Assembly: GCA_965261385.1 (NCBI GenBank)
Contig: CBDHDB010000002.1
Coordinates: 2,813,096 to 2,877,095 of the forward strand
Source: Dehalococcoidia bacterium
Lineage (GTDB): Bacteria; Chloroflexota; Dehalococcoidia; Lucifugimonadales; Australimonadaceae
Direction: 5' to 3'
Length of the DNA stretch: 64,000 nucleotides
Position numbers and translations under genes: made by a program. Under the pieces are notes generated by a model. The model was not told the origin of the DNA. It searched no databases and saw only the letters and a program-made list of their open reading frames with translations. Each line of letters starts with the position of its first letter. The stretch's first letter is position 1. Positions 63,635 to 64,000 of the stretch are shown in pieces.

Positions 63635-64000
63635 ATGAGTGAGTGCGACGCCGCCGGGAGTGCGGAGATGGACCAGCTGATGAGGACCACCCCGCCGATG
63701 GACGCCACCGTGGCAGCGGAGCTCCTCCGGGAGGCAAAGGAGGTCTTCGACGAGCTGGGGGTTGTGTTCTTCCTGAGGCAGGGGACCTGCCTCGGGGCGG
63801 TTCGCGATGGCGCCTTCATCCCTTGGGACGACGATATCGACCTCGGCTCCATCTACGGGATGCACGGCCTAACCAAGCGGTCGGTCGCGTCGGTGGCCGA
63901 CGCCTTCAGGGCTCGCGGATTCCACGTCGAGACGGCAACGTACGGCGGCGAGTCGTGGCTCGGCATCATGAAACGCCACATAAAGATCGACTGGTTCTGC
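63635..64000 (+). CDS. second LicD family phosphotransferase (partial, runs off the window)
   Basis: The ATG is preceded by TAGGAGGAG. Paralog of 61250-61990, with a 141-nt tract (63823-63963) identical to 61438-61578. Confidence 0.8.
   Translation, partial: MSECDAAGSAEMDQLMRTTPPMDATVAAELLREAKEVFDELGVVFFLRQGTCLGAVRDGAFIPWDDDIDLGSIYGMHGLTKRSVASVADAFRARGFHVETATYGGESWLGIMKRHIKIDWFC

Overview
High-GC bacterial chromosomal segment of about 60 genes, mostly housekeeping. The F420-dependent enzymes, XDH/Cox-type molybdoenzymes, LigD and a PyrR-controlled pyr operon suggest a Chloroflexota- or Actinomycetota-like organism, but that is inference only. Recognisable content: ligD; an orphan XDH-family large subunit and a complete coxM-S-L-type operon with a MoaD-like gene; thrC, thrB and aspartate kinase; a CDF transporter with an HMA protein; an F420 reductase and an LLM oxidoreductase; pyrR-pyrB-pyrC-carA-[vapBC]-carB followed by an unusual hpt fusion; ctaA/ctaB; two dienelactone hydrolases; an HdrD/DsrMK-like Fe-S oxidoreductase; and an aminotransferase/LicC/LicD/GBBH-like head-group cluster. 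The most unusual signal is not a gene. It is a family of composite GC-rich hairpin repeats whose 28-nt core, GAGGTTCCCGCCTGCGCGGGAATGACGG, is built like a type I-E CRISPR repeat. The family is present about 17 times, forms two dense clusters, and sits in frame inside pyrB and a terminase-like gene. Copies also supply gene ends, start regions and ribosome-binding sites. Other items: two sets of paralogous AT-richer non-coding elements (a tRNA-like pair 40 kb apart, and an inverted pair 12 kb apart); a decayed low-GC gene next to a solitary terminase homolog; and five toxin-antitoxin loci or remnants. No rRNA, bona fide tRNA, cas genes or transposases were found. All protein calls rest on motif recognition by eye; no searches were run.
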